A stretch of DNA of 64,000 bases, from IMG/VR virus record IMGVR_UViG_3300027704_000008, positions 64,001-128,000 of that record; one strand, written 5' to 3'. Source of the stretch: a virus. The number at the start of each line of letters is the position of its first letter. The first letter of the stretch is position 1. Below the pieces are notes generated by a model. The model ran no database searches and was not told the origin of the DNA. It saw only the letters and a list, made by a program, of their open reading frames with translations. Of this stretch, positions 29,355 to 38,746 are shown one piece after another. The position numbers were made by a program, and so were the translations under genes.

Positions 29355-29383
29355 TTGACTTCATCTCGTAATAGCTCTATAAT
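29355..29383 (+). promoter_or_regulatory. sigma70-type early promoter with CATTGAAT leader
   Basis: TTGACT-N17-TATAAT. Confidence 0.8.
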
Positions 29384-29417
29384 GTCTCCATTGAATGAAG
29401 AAACAGAGGAGAACCGT

Positions 29418-29594
29418 ATGATGATATCTGCTTATGGTGGAATGACAGAGTGGGAGGTGTTTGCCGCGGGGTCACAGTACTTGGAATATGATCCACCCAA
29501 CTGGGATGGTTTGATAAAATATCTACGAGAAGTGGGTTGTACATCAAGTGAAATATTTGAGATATGTACAAAGTTTCGCAATGGCGAGCTATGA
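29418..29594 (+). CDS. Hypothetical protein
   Basis: GAGGAG RBS after promoter. Confidence 0.55.
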   Translation: MMISAYGGMTEWEVFAAGSQYLEYDPPNWDGLIKYLREVGCTSSEIFEICTKFRNGEL

Positions 29595-30145
29595 AAAAGA
29601 TTAATTACATACGTGAGCACGAGCTTGGATTTTTCAATATATATAATCCTGACTACGAATGTTTAGGTATGATGACAGATGGCCTCGCGGTGTTTGTGTA
29701 TAAGGAGGAGGATAGCTATCAGCAGTTCGAAGTTATAGATGTCGCCCGCCCGTTTAAAAATGACCTCACTCAAATGCGCAGAGTATTCGAGCTTGAGGTA
29801 ACACTGTCTGAGTGCAACGCTTGGATTGTAACGATGTCTCGCATCGATAGGGAATATAGAGGCCACGGACTGGCTCCTCACATATATAGATGGTTGCTGC
29901 AGAAGACTGATATGATATTGCAGGCAGGAGATGAGCAGTCAGCTGGAGGGCGTTCTATATGGCACGGGCTAGCCGGAATGGATGACGTGTTGGTATACGG
30001 CAAGACTCATGCTATCGAACTAACTCGTTGTGAGCAAGACGATATTGAAAAAGAAATAGTTGCATGTGATGGGACCGATGTATACAATGGTGTAGATTAC
30101 TTTACAGCTTTTGCGTGTTACAGTCCTCAGAGGAAGCGAGCATGA
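29591..30145 (+). CDS. GNAT-fold acetyltransferase-like protein
   Basis: IDREYRGHGLA acetyl-CoA motif A; QSAGGRSIW. Confidence 0.65.
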   Translation: MKKINYIREHELGFFNIYNPDYECLGMMTDGLAVFVYKEEDSYQQFEVIDVARPFKNDLTQMRRVFELEVTLSECNAWIVTMSRIDREYRGHGLAPHIYRWLLQKTDMILQAGDEQSAGGRSIWHGLAGMDDVLVYGKTHAIELTRCEQDDIEKEIVACDGTDVYNGVDYFTAFACYSPQRKRA

Positions 30146-30318
30146 AGACAAAAGAGTATCAACCAGGATCCAGGGTTCAGATTAAGATCAATGATGAGTG
30201 GGTAACAGGAATAGTTGACGATAACTTATCAATACAATATTTTATTACCCTCGATAACTCTCGTGGATCGGCATATATATTTAAACATCAAACCGATATT
30301 ATTAGGGAAGTTCAATAA
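30142..30318 (+). CDS. Hypothetical SH3/KOW-like small protein
   Basis: ATGA overlap; GSRVQI..W..G.V pattern. Confidence 0.5.
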   Translation: MKTKEYQPGSRVQIKINDEWVTGIVDDNLSIQYFITLDNSRGSAYIFKHQTDIIREVQ

Positions 30319-30503
30319 TGAAAGGTCTACTGATAACAAGTTGTGGCGACAGCATGCGTTGGTATGCTGACAAAGTCGGCGAAGTGGTTCCGTTGCTAGG
30401 TGTAGAGCGCACAGAATACAAGTCTCGTGAAGATGCCGGATACATTAACTTTGTGCAAGTGACCGATGCTGAGATAGTTGAAATCCCTCCCCCCGAGCAT
30501 TAA
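30318..30503 (+). CDS. Hypothetical protein
   Basis: TAATG coupling; WYADKVGE. Confidence 0.55.
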   Translation: MKGLLITSCGDSMRWYADKVGEVVPLLGVERTEYKSREDAGYINFVQVTDAEIVEIPPPEH

Positions 30504-30509
30504 AAAGTT

Positions 30510-30806
30510 GTGAAAAGAGAAATACATACAATGGAAGATTGGGACAACCTTATTATGGAAAAGGCTGATGAACGTATAATGATAGCTAAAAAATTAATTG
30601 AAGAAATATTAGATCAGTCATTATTGGATGATGGAATTGATAGTTTCGACGAAATGGATTCATTATCTAGGTTGACAACTATTATGGACCTGGAGGATGC
30701 CCTCGACATTAGTATCCCAATCAATGACGTTGATACCATAACATGCCGGGACGAGTTTGTTTCCAAAGTAATTGTGATGTCTGGTTTGTCTGGATCCGCG
30801 GCATGA
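30510..30806 (+). CDS. Acyl carrier protein-like
   Basis: MDSLSRLTTIMDLEDALDISIP matches the ACP DSL..(V/I)M.LE..F.I.IP motif; acidic. Confidence 0.65.
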   Translation: MKREIHTMEDWDNLIMEKADERIMIAKKLIEEILDQSLLDDGIDSFDEMDSLSRLTTIMDLEDALDISIPINDVDTITCRDEFVSKVIVMSGLSGSAA

Positions 30807-30953
30807 CACTGGAGGACGCTATTCGTGTCGTACTGGAGCAAGGTATATATGGTGCCAATACCATCTTCCCCCGAACACAGAGAGATGATAATTTATCACT
30901 TGAACAAATGCGGCTGATTGAAGCAATCGGTGTATTGAAGGAGCATGTAAATA

Positions 30954-31742
30954 ATGAAAACGATGACCGCAGGGATGATGATGTCCGCGGGGGAGCCTAT
31001 CGCGGCACCGTCGTTCTTGGTGCTGAGCGACATCCACAATGAGCACAAGCAGTTTGCTGCAGCGCACTCATACGCATCAGCCAACAACCTACATATTATT
31101 AGCGTGGGCGATGTGGTTGACTACGGCACAAATGCTGCCTCTACCATTACCCTCTCCAACATGCTACTACAACGTAGGGAAGCAACGTTCATAGAAGGTA
31201 ACCACGACAATAAAATATACAGATATCTTAAAGGGAACGATATTAAAGTGTCGTATGGTATGGCCCCTACAGTTGAGGCGCTTCGTGATGACACTATCAA
31301 GAATTCCTTTATCAACTTATACGACCATATGATGACTCATGTTGTTATAGGAAATACCCATATAACTCATGGAGCTTTCACGTCCTCATACTGGACAGAT
31401 GGTCCTGTTGGTAAAAAGTTTAACAGGTCGAGGTTATATGGAGAAGTGGATCCTGATAAGCCCACCATCCAATATAATGGTTTCAACTATCCGGCAAGGA
31501 CATACGATTGGGTTAACGATATACCTAAAGGTAAGACGGTTATTGTCGGACACGACATGAGTCCATTCAGTAGCGGCCACGACAACATAGATGGTGTGTT
31601 AACCACAGTGAACGCTCAAGGCGGCACGTCCATATTCACAGACACTGGGAGCGGTAAAGGTGGTTTTATCAGTGGTGTTGTAATCAATCGGAATGGGGAC
31701 GTGTTGGAAACTGTTAAGTTTAAAGATTGGAGCGATGGTTGA
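30954..31742 (+). CDS. Calcineurin-like metallophosphoesterase (PPP/Pnkp-phosphatase-like)
   Basis: SDIH, GDVVDYG, GNHD, THG, VGHD, DTG motifs. Confidence 0.88.
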   Translation: MKTMTAGMMMSAGEPIAAPSFLVLSDIHNEHKQFAAAHSYASANNLHIISVGDVVDYGTNAASTITLSNMLLQRREATFIEGNHDNKIYRYLKGNDIKVSYGMAPTVEALRDDTIKNSFINLYDHMMTHVVIGNTHITHGAFTSSYWTDGPVGKKFNRSRLYGEVDPDKPTIQYNGFNYPARTYDWVNDIPKGKTVIVGHDMSPFSSGHDNIDGVLTTVNAQGGTSIFTDTGSGKGGFISGVVINRNGDVLETVKFKDWSDG

Positions 31743-31991
31743 ATGGATAGATTTATGATTACCTTTGGGGTTGGCCATAAAAGTAATTCTGGGGAAAACT
31801 TACAGCACGCCTATGTGATAATAGAGGCTAAGGATGACGAAGGTGCCCGCAGGCAAGCGTTCAATCTTAGGGGAGACCGTTGGTCAAACATCTACGCACT
31901 TCACTCATTGCAGTTTCTGGCTAAGAAGTGGAACCTAACTCAACTACAGCTGGACCAGGTGCAGCTAAGCGATAAGGAGCTGCAACGATGA
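31743..31991 (+). CDS. Hypothetical protein
   Basis: ITFGVGH..W..IY pattern; abuts previous gene. Confidence 0.55.
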   Translation: MDRFMITFGVGHKSNSGENLQHAYVIIEAKDDEGARRQAFNLRGDRWSNIYALHSLQFLAKKWNLTQLQLDQVQLSDKELQR

Positions 31992-32205
31992 GCGGTTGGT
32001 TGGTAGCTTTGACCGGAGTGATATATTTTTACATATGTGCTGAGCAAGTGTACAAGGATAATGTTCCCATGGCAATATGTTACGCGGGATATGCTTTTGC
32101 TAATATAGGTTTATATCTTGCGGTCAGTAAATGATATGTTGTCTTATTGCTATACTAGTGTATAATACATAGTATAGATTTAATAAAATGTGCAAGTGAG
32201 TAATT

Positions 32206-32910
32206 ATGACATTTAATCACGTCCAGAAAGTTGAACTGAAACCTCTCGAGCGGGTTGAGGTTCATGGCGTTCGCCACTACTTGTCGGAAGGAACAGATCT
32301 CCAGCTGGCTGTTCCTTCCGTCACCACTGTTCTATCGTCACTGAATACTAGGTGGCTAGAACAATGGAAGAGTCGAGTCGGACATAAAGAAGCCGAACGA
32401 GTATCTCATCACGCGAGTACGCAAGGTACTTTGGTACACGAGGCCATAGAAGCTCATTGTGGTAATCAACCGCTACCTTCCATGATGCCTCTTGTGCAAC
32501 TTATGTTTAAGTCATTGCGGCAAATAGCAGACTCACATATTAATAATATTCACATGATCGAGGGGCAGATGTTGTCCCGCCATCTGAGGGTAGCCGGAAC
32601 AGTTGACATGATTGCCGAGTGGGATGGGATCTTGTCTGTAATCGATTGGAAGACCTCGGGCAAACCGAAGAAAGAAGAATGGGTGCACGATTACTTCAAG
32701 CAAGAAGCCGCCTACGCTGTTATGTATGAAGAAAATGGTGGACCTCCTGTTAGCCAATTAGTCACCGCTATAACTTGTAGTGACGGCAGCTCTCAGGTGT
32801 TCATCCAAAAGAGAGATGATTGGATTGGCGGTTTCATCGAAGCTAGAGACGCGTTTGAACAGCACATCTCGAATACAAATTTAAACACTGAAGCGGGTAT
32901 TATACTATGA
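32206..32910 (+). CDS. PD-(D/E)xK exonuclease (RecB/Cas4-like)
   Basis: PSVTTVLS, GT.VH..IE, AGTVD, IDWKTS, Q..AYA.M. Confidence 0.88.
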   Translation: MTFNHVQKVELKPLERVEVHGVRHYLSEGTDLQLAVPSVTTVLSSLNTRWLEQWKSRVGHKEAERVSHHASTQGTLVHEAIEAHCGNQPLPSMMPLVQLMFKSLRQIADSHINNIHMIEGQMLSRHLRVAGTVDMIAEWDGILSVIDWKTSGKPKKEEWVHDYFKQEAAYAVMYEENGGPPVSQLVTAITCSDGSSQVFIQKRDDWIGGFIEARDAFEQHISNTNLNTEAGIIL

Positions 32911-33176
32911 GTAGAACATTTATCAAGAACGGATATGTATTTGTATATAGAAGCGATGATTATAGAGTCGAGGCTCTTGCCTCCGCAAGAAGTGGTAGTG
33001 GGTTTGAACTGGTTACAATGGCTGACACTGTTATTGATTTACAGACAGGCAACGTTATCAAAGATATCACTGGCGCCACCGCAGATGATTATCCAGAATC
33101 ATGGATAGATGATATGGAAAAGATACGATATGACGTTGTATCTGCCGCTATACAACAAAGGTTAAGCTCCCTCTGA
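32907..33176 (+). CDS. Hypothetical protein
   Basis: ATGA overlap. Confidence 0.55.
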   Translation: MSRTFIKNGYVFVYRSDDYRVEALASARSGSGFELVTMADTVIDLQTGNVIKDITGATADDYPESWIDDMEKIRYDVVSAAIQQRLSSL

Positions 33177-33199
33177 ACAAGCCACCTCTGATCGACGAT

Positions 33200-33262
33200 G
33201 TAATCCATTGATTCTATTGGAATATATCAACTGTTGACTCCCCCAAGGAATTCCTCTATAAT
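33200..33262 (+). promoter_or_regulatory. IHF-like box plus sigma70 promoter
   Basis: TAATCCATTGATT (reverse of WATCAANNNNTTR) at ~33201; TTGACT-N17-TATAAT 33234-33262. Confidence 0.7.
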
Positions 33263-33294
33263 AGCCCTATTGAATCAATATATGGAGGTGCATT

Positions 33295-33642
33295 ATGGAA
33301 GTCATTCGTGAGATTACAAAGTGGGAAACGGACCAACCGAATCACACTTACCTGGTTGATGGTAATAAGATGTTAGGTTATATCAAGGTTGATACGACCG
33401 AGCCCATAATGATGAAAGCTCCTATCATGTTCGATAAAGCACGTCGTAAGTTCGAGGTCCTAATCACAGCAAAGGGATGTCGTAACAGTATGGCACCGTT
33501 CCCTATGATTAAACAAGAACCGGTGTCAGCCTCTATCAAAGAAGTAATAGGATCAAAGGGTCACACTTATTATGTCGACACTGTGAAAGGAACCTGTACC
33601 TGCCTAGGTAATAAGTTCAAAGGAACATGCAAGCATGTTTGA
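33295..33642 (+). CDS. SWIM zinc-finger protein
   Basis: GSKG..Y.V...CTC.G.....CKHV. Confidence 0.75.
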   Translation: MEVIREITKWETDQPNHTYLVDGNKMLGYIKVDTTEPIMMKAPIMFDKARRKFEVLITAKGCRNSMAPFPMIKQEPVSASIKEVIGSKGHTYYVDTVKGTCTCLGNKFKGTCKHV

Positions 33643-33650
33643 GGAGTAAT

Positions 33651-34328
33651 ATGATAGTAAGTTTAGTAAGCTATTCCCAGCCACCAAAGTCAACCGCCAC
33701 TCACAATATAGATCATAAGTCTCTCAAAGAGATGATCATATATTGTGCTAGAGTGAGCAATCCATCTAACCAGTCCTCCGCAGATACGGATGATCGTCTG
33801 TTAAAATATCTGGCAAATAATTCCCACTGGAGTCCATTCGAAATGGTCAATGTGTGCCTATACATTGAAACCACCAGGGACATAGCTCGACAGGTATTGC
33901 GGCATAGATCATTCTCATTTCAAGAGTTTTCTCAGCGTTACGCCAATCCCGTTTCCGAGTTTAAGTTTACATATAGGGACGCTAGGTTCCAGGACAAGAC
34001 CAATAGACAGAATAGCATCGAGATGGATCCTTCAGACCCTATTCAAAGAGCGTTGAACGAAACTTTCCGTATGAAACAAGCTGAGCATATTCGTAATGCC
34101 AAAGACATATACAAATGGGCATTGGACAATGGCATAGCTAAGGAACAGGCTCGAGTTGTGCTACCTGAAGGTAATACGACTAGTAGAATGTATATGAATG
34201 GAACATTGCGAAGTTGGCTTCATTACATTGAGCTACGGGAAGGTAATGGTACTCAATTAGAGCACATGATGATAGCGAAACAGTGCGCCAAGGTAATCCA
34301 TGATGTATTTCCGGTTGACTTTATATAA
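33651..34328 (+). CDS. thyX: FAD-dependent thymidylate synthase
   Basis: HWSPFEM, RHRSFSFQEFSQRY, KEQARVVLP, LRSWLHYIELR, TQLEH. Confidence 0.97.
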   Translation: MIVSLVSYSQPPKSTATHNIDHKSLKEMIIYCARVSNPSNQSSADTDDRLLKYLANNSHWSPFEMVNVCLYIETTRDIARQVLRHRSFSFQEFSQRYANPVSEFKFTYRDARFQDKTNRQNSIEMDPSDPIQRALNETFRMKQAEHIRNAKDIYKWALDNGIAKEQARVVLPEGNTTSRMYMNGTLRSWLHYIELREGNGTQLEHMMIAKQCAKVIHDVFPVDFI

Positions 34329-34370
34329 TAGCTCATGTATAATATACCATTATTAAGGGATAATTTAGTT

Positions 34371-34742
34371 ATGGAAAAGTCTATTTGGGTTACCTTTCAA
34401 AAAGAAGGCATACATTGCTATCCGGATGCTCCCACTGGAGTGGAGTTCTTGAAGCACCCACACCGTCATATGTTTCACTTCCGTGTTGAAGTTGAGGTAT
34501 TCCATGACGATAGAGATATTGAGTTCATCTTATTCAAGAGAGAACTTGAACAGCAATTCGATGGAGGACAGATGGATCATAAAAGCTGTGAGATGTTGGC
34601 AGTGGATGTGATCAATTATGTCAACCGCGAATATCCATACCGATGGATCACCGCAACGGTATCCGAGGATGGGGAAAATGGAGGAACAGTACGATTCGTT
34701 CCAAAATCACATTATGTAGAAACGAAAGGAAACATTGAATGA
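34371..34742 (+). CDS. dpdL: QueD-like T-fold protein, putative CDG decarboxylase (DpdL-like)
   Basis: EGIHCYP, LKHPHRHMF (LxxxHRHxF), DRDIEFI, SCEMLA, VSEDGENG; adjacent to the DpdA-like gene. Confidence 0.7.
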   Translation: MEKSIWVTFQKEGIHCYPDAPTGVEFLKHPHRHMFHFRVEVEVFHDDRDIEFILFKRELEQQFDGGQMDHKSCEMLAVDVINYVNREYPYRWITATVSEDGENGGTVRFVPKSHYVETKGNIE

Positions 34743-34936
34743 ATATGAAAGATAATATACTCAGCATGCTGAGTCGAGGTACCCTGCGTACAAACTATGA
34801 TATGGCAATCGAGCTGGGAACAACTGAAGCAACCATCCGCGCTCGGATCAGTGATCTTCGTTTAGAAGGCGAGCCGCTACAAGCTGCGAAGATTCGCGAC
34901 GTCACATATCGCAAAGCTTGGATGCTGGCTGCATGA
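34739..34936 (+). CDS. Small winged-HTH protein
   Basis: MAIELGTTEATIRARISDLR. Confidence 0.7.
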   Translation: MNMKDNILSMLSRGTLRTNYDMAIELGTTEATIRARISDLRLEGEPLQAAKIRDVTYRKAWMLAA

Positions 34937-35757
34937 CAGCTTTTTGTCATATTAGCCCAACGGAATTCCTTCCTCTGTTTAGCAGAGGGAGGAAGTCTCA
35001 TCTAATATTAGCGCATCTGGTTGAGCAGGATGATGCATATGCCACTTTCTTTAAAAATGAGACGGGGCTAAAGATTTTAGATAACAGCGCATTTGAAATG
35101 TATAAGCAGGGTCGAGAGATGTACGATCCTTCCAAGCTATTGGAAATGGCTAAACGTGTTGAAGCCAACTACATTGTGATGACGGACTATCCTGGCAAGC
35201 CTTCATCAAAGGGTATCAAGATAGCTCAACAGCAAGCCAGTATCTTCAAGGATGCGGGATTTGGGACATTCTTTGTTCCACAATCGAAGGTCGGTGACCT
35301 CGACGACTTGATATCAGCTTATATGTGGGCAGCTCAAGCACCAGAAGTAGGATACATAGGGTTTAGTATCCTGGGTATCCCTAATGCCTATGGCGTCGAA
35401 AAGAAGAACAAACTACAAAGATTCAATGCCCGCTGGAAGTTCTTGCAAGAGTTGGACAAGACGGAATTCTGGAGATTGGCTAAGGGTAAGAAAATGCATC
35501 TGTTGGGAATGGTAGACGGCCCCAACGAGATTGCTCTATTGCGCCCATGGTTATCCAAATTCCTGACATGGGATAGTAGCGCAGCAATTTGGGCTGGATT
35601 GAACGGTGTATCGTTTGACGAATCCCCAACAGGATTAATCAACGGAAAGTTTGAGACTGAAGTTGACTTCGGGTATAATGTGTGGGATAGTAACATCTCA
35701 ACAGCAATGGATAATGTTAAGGTCATAGATAAATTATGTCGAGAGAACACCGAATAA
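34933..35757 (+). CDS. dpdA: DNA-guanine transglycosylase (DpdA-like, TGT TIM barrel)
   Basis: ILDNSAFE, MTDYP, FVPQ, MHLLG, WDSS motifs of the TGT/DpdA fold; genomic context with folE/queD/queE/dpdL. Confidence 0.7.
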   Translation: MTAFCHISPTEFLPLFSRGRKSHLILAHLVEQDDAYATFFKNETGLKILDNSAFEMYKQGREMYDPSKLLEMAKRVEANYIVMTDYPGKPSSKGIKIAQQQASIFKDAGFGTFFVPQSKVGDLDDLISAYMWAAQAPEVGYIGFSILGIPNAYGVEKKNKLQRFNARWKFLQELDKTEFWRLAKGKKMHLLGMVDGPNEIALLRPWLSKFLTWDSSAAIWAGLNGVSFDESPTGLINGKFETEVDFGYNVWDSNISTAMDNVKVIDKLCRENTE

Positions 35758-36098
35758 GCAAAGAGCACTTTCTTCAGGGTCCCGATAGTACCATGAAACA
35801 AAAGTCCTACAGAGTGACCACTAAGATGAAGTACAAGTATAATGAGGATAAGTATATAGCTGAAGCTCTCGAGTACATATCGTCTACGTATGGGGAGCAT
35901 TATGTCGGAGAGGATCAGAGTAAAACTCAGGTCGTCGATCTGTGGGAGTCTCTAGGAAGTCTTGACACCACAGCACGAGATACTGGAATCAAATACTTAG
36001 CTCGTTACGGGCGCAAGGGTGGCCATAACAAAAAGGACTTAATGAAGGCAATCCATTACACAATATTATTGTGGCATGCAACCGCGGACAAAGAATGA
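35736..36098 (+). CDS. DUF3310-like protein (true start possibly 35826)
   Basis: YNED..I....EYI..TY..HY, IKYLARYGRK...KDL.KA.HY. Confidence 0.7.
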   Translation: MSREHRISKEHFLQGPDSTMKQKSYRVTTKMKYKYNEDKYIAEALEYISSTYGEHYVGEDQSKTQVVDLWESLGSLDTTARDTGIKYLARYGRKGGHNKKDLMKAIHYTILLWHATADKE

Positions 36099-36140
36099 GT
36101 ATAAAATCCAACCCGAAAGGGTTCATAAAGGAATGAAGTA

Positions 36141-36434
36141 ATGAAAAAAGGTGATGTGGTAACATTAGTGACAATGGCGGGCGAGATTATAGGACGAGTA
36201 GCCGAGTCTGATTACGAGACAATTACTCTGACGAGCCCACGTCTATTCGTGCAAAAAGCAGAGGGTTCAGGTTTTGCAGCAGGCATTTGCATGACCGGTG
36301 TTGGCTATCCGGCAGAGTTGGTCTTTCGCCAGAACCAAATATTGTCTGTAGTACCTACGGATGATGTCCTGATCGAAGATTGGGCGGCGGCGACATCTGA
36401 TGCGGGGCCAGCGATATCAGAGATTGCACTATAA
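36141..36434 (+). CDS. Hypothetical Sm-like protein
   Basis: GDVVTLV..AGEIIGR, L..PR.F. Confidence 0.55.
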   Translation: MKKGDVVTLVTMAGEIIGRVAESDYETITLTSPRLFVQKAEGSGFAAGICMTGVGYPAELVFRQNQILSVVPTDDVLIEDWAAATSDAGPAISEIAL

Positions 36435-36952
36435 TGAGCATGAAACATATAATGGGACCAAACTCAGAATCGTCCTTGACGAATGTTCAAGACGGGGACA
36501 TTCAACCTAACGCATGCGACCTAAGGATTGCTGATGTGTTCAAGATTAATCATCAGGTAACTTTTGTGCTTGATGAAGATGGCAAGCAGCATAGAGGGTC
36601 AGAGAGGGTGTTGGCTGACGACGAAGGATACTATGTGTTCGAGGCCGGACAGTCTTACGAAGTGATTATGGAAAATGTTATCTATGTTGCTCAGGGCGAA
36701 GCCGGATGGGTTATTACTCGAAGCACTCTGAACCGCAATGGTTTATTCTTGACGAGCGGCCTATACGATTCTGGTTATAATGGAATGATGGCTGGCGTGT
36801 TGCACAACACAAGCGGTAAGGCTCGTATCAAGAAGGGAACCCGCATTGGTCAGTATCTGTCGTTTGATGCCGAAGCGTTGCACAACTATGACGGAGATTA
36901 TGGTTTAGCCAAGGACCACGATACCAAATACAAATCAGGGGGTACAATATAG
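36434..36952 (+). CDS. Trimeric dUTPase / dCTP deaminase
   Basis: QPNACDLR, RSTLNRNG, YDSGYNG, G.RIGQ, YDG.YG. Confidence 0.85.
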   Translation: MSMKHIMGPNSESSLTNVQDGDIQPNACDLRIADVFKINHQVTFVLDEDGKQHRGSERVLADDEGYYVFEAGQSYEVIMENVIYVAQGEAGWVITRSTLNRNGLFLTSGLYDSGYNGMMAGVLHNTSGKARIKKGTRIGQYLSFDAEALHNYDGDYGLAKDHDTKYKSGGTI

Positions 36953-36969
36953 TGTGAGATGAAATAACG

Positions 36970-36998
36970 TTGACTCCCAACTTGATGTATGTGATAAT
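36970..36998 (+). promoter_or_regulatory. sigma70-type promoter
   Basis: TTGACT-N17-GATAAT. Confidence 0.7.
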
Positions 36999-37018
36999 GG
37001 TATCTGAAATTAATAGGA

Positions 37019-37318
37019 GTGTTCATAGTGATATATACCAGCCAATCTCACGACTTCCATGGCCGCAAGCGTAAAAAACCTAAAGTAAAAGGTACATTAT
37101 ACAAGCGGATGGCAACCCCAAGTTTTAATCCGATGACGAAGCCCCTATATAATTATCGTAACGACGACAAACAGTTTCCTTCTGCTCCGGATGGGATTGG
37201 AGCTGTTGCTTCTGCTCCCGAGGCTAAACGGGTGGAAGGATATACCGTTGCTATTGGATATAATAAAGGAGGTTATCAGGTTATCCCTGATAACGAAATA
37301 AAATACATCGGAAAATAG
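37019..37318 (+). CDS. Conserved basic hypothetical protein
   Basis: HDFHGRKRK..YTVAIGYNKGGYQVIP..IG pattern. Confidence 0.6.
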   Translation: MFIVIYTSQSHDFHGRKRKKPKVKGTLYKRMATPSFNPMTKPLYNYRNDDKQFPSAPDGIGAVASAPEAKRVEGYTVAIGYNKGGYQVIPDNEIKYIGK

Positions 37319-37497
37319 ATAGGCGTATGGAGACGCCGGCAAAATGGAAACACCATTCAGGGAAGAATCGATTGATGGCGGCAGTGATTCAGATTGTATG
37401 TTACTACTGTATTCTGTGGTTAGACAAATAACCGATGAATTATTAGACAAGTGCAACACAAGTGTTACTGACGAGCTTGCTAGAGATAAGGAGCGTC

Positions 37498-38079
37498 ATG
37501 AAAATTAGTGTTGTGGGGAACGCCGCGAGTCTATTTGATAAATTTAACGGTCATATCATTGACTCAGCTGACATGGTAGTTAGATTTAATGGAGGTGTTA
37601 TTGATCATCCCCAGTGTCAGGGATCCAAAACCACCCACCTGGCGTTTTCTATGGAGATGTTTCGGAATAAAGCGAATTTCGGTAAGGTGGTTTACTGGAA
37701 TACAAACGATCCAGACCTAGGCTTCCATGATGTGCGGGAAAAGCTACGTGATAAACTTAAAGCAGACCCATCCATTGGTATACTGGTATTGGAAAGAATC
37801 AAAGATGTATATCCCGATGCCATCGTACAACTTTTTGGTTTTGATTGGAAGCAAACTCACAGCTGGTATCCCCACGCCATAAAGATTGAAGAGCGAGGAC
37901 AGCTTCGTATCAGCCAACATACACGGAAGCCAATTCACCGCGACCGGTACGGTAAGGCAATTCCTGGACCATTGGAAAACGATTCCGCCTCTGAGAGGCA
38001 CAGAGGTCACAACTTTATAAGTGAAAAGCGATATTGTTTGGAACTTATCGACACTCATGGGTGGGTGATATATAAATGA
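37498..38079 (+). CDS. GT29 (sialyltransferase-like) glycosyltransferase
   Basis: VVGNA.SL......G..IDSAD.VVRFN (sialylmotif L-like), GSKT, PS.G, LFGFD, H....EK. Confidence 0.65.
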   Translation: MKISVVGNAASLFDKFNGHIIDSADMVVRFNGGVIDHPQCQGSKTTHLAFSMEMFRNKANFGKVVYWNTNDPDLGFHDVREKLRDKLKADPSIGILVLERIKDVYPDAIVQLFGFDWKQTHSWYPHAIKIEERGQLRISQHTRKPIHRDRYGKAIPGPLENDSASERHRGHNFISEKRYCLELIDTHGWVIYK

Positions 38080-38097
38080 CAAGATAATTCCCTGTAA

Positions 38098-38144
38098 AAT
38101 CAATAAGTTACTCTGTTGACTTCATCCCGCAATTATAGTATAAT
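38098..38144 (+). promoter_or_regulatory. IHF-consensus box plus sigma70 promoter
   Basis: AATCAATAAGTTA 38098-38110; TTGACT-N17-TATAAT 38116-38144. Confidence 0.75.
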
Positions 38145-38170
38145 ATACATTCAAATGACGGGAGGTTACA

Positions 38171-38746
38171 GTGAAGATTGGTTATTTACATGGGTATGCT
38201 AGTTACTATGATAGTGAAAACATCAAGGTCAAGTCCCTTTCTAAGTTAGGTGAAGTCGTAGGATTAAACATTAATTATAATGCCGGTAATAATGTTATCG
38301 ACATGGTTTGTAAGTGGTCGATCGAACAACGCCTTGATCTAATAGTCGGATGCTCGATGGGAGGTTGGTTAGCTTCTCATGTTGGTGCCGCTTTGGGTGT
38401 TCCGAGCGTCATGCTCAACCCAGCTTTGTCTCCAAGCGCATGTTTGAGAAAATACCTCGATATTCCTGATGGTCAATTTGACTACGGTGGATATCCCATG
38501 GAATCGATTGATCCTAACGGACTCAGTTCCTACCTGGATATTAATAAAAGTGGTTTCGGACTTGTATTGCTTGAAACTGGTGATCAAGTGTTTTGGTATG
38601 AGGACTCTAAATCAGAACTAGATAAATACTATGAAGTAATTGTGATACCTGGAGGATCTCATAGGTTTGAGAGCCTTGACGATCAACTGGATCACATAAG
38701 CAAACACGTAGAATTATCGGAGCTTATATACGGTGTTGACCCTTAA
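38171..38746 (+). CDS. YqiA/YcfP-family alpha/beta esterase
   Basis: YLHGYAS, GCSMGG, LNPA, GD.V, GGSHRF. Confidence 0.88.
   Translation: MKIGYLHGYASYYDSENIKVKSLSKLGEVVGLNINYNAGNNVIDMVCKWSIEQRLDLIVGCSMGGWLASHVGAALGVPSVMLNPALSPSACLRKYLDIPDGQFDYGGYPMESIDPNGLSSYLDINKSGFGLVLLETGDQVFWYEDSKSELDKYYEVIVIPGGSHRFESLDDQLDHISKHVELSELIYGVDP

Noticed and set aside
32206-32910. Cas4 as evidence of a CRISPR-Cas system
   Set aside because: Lacks the four-Cys cluster, has no array or other cas genes, and is an ordinary T4-like exonuclease
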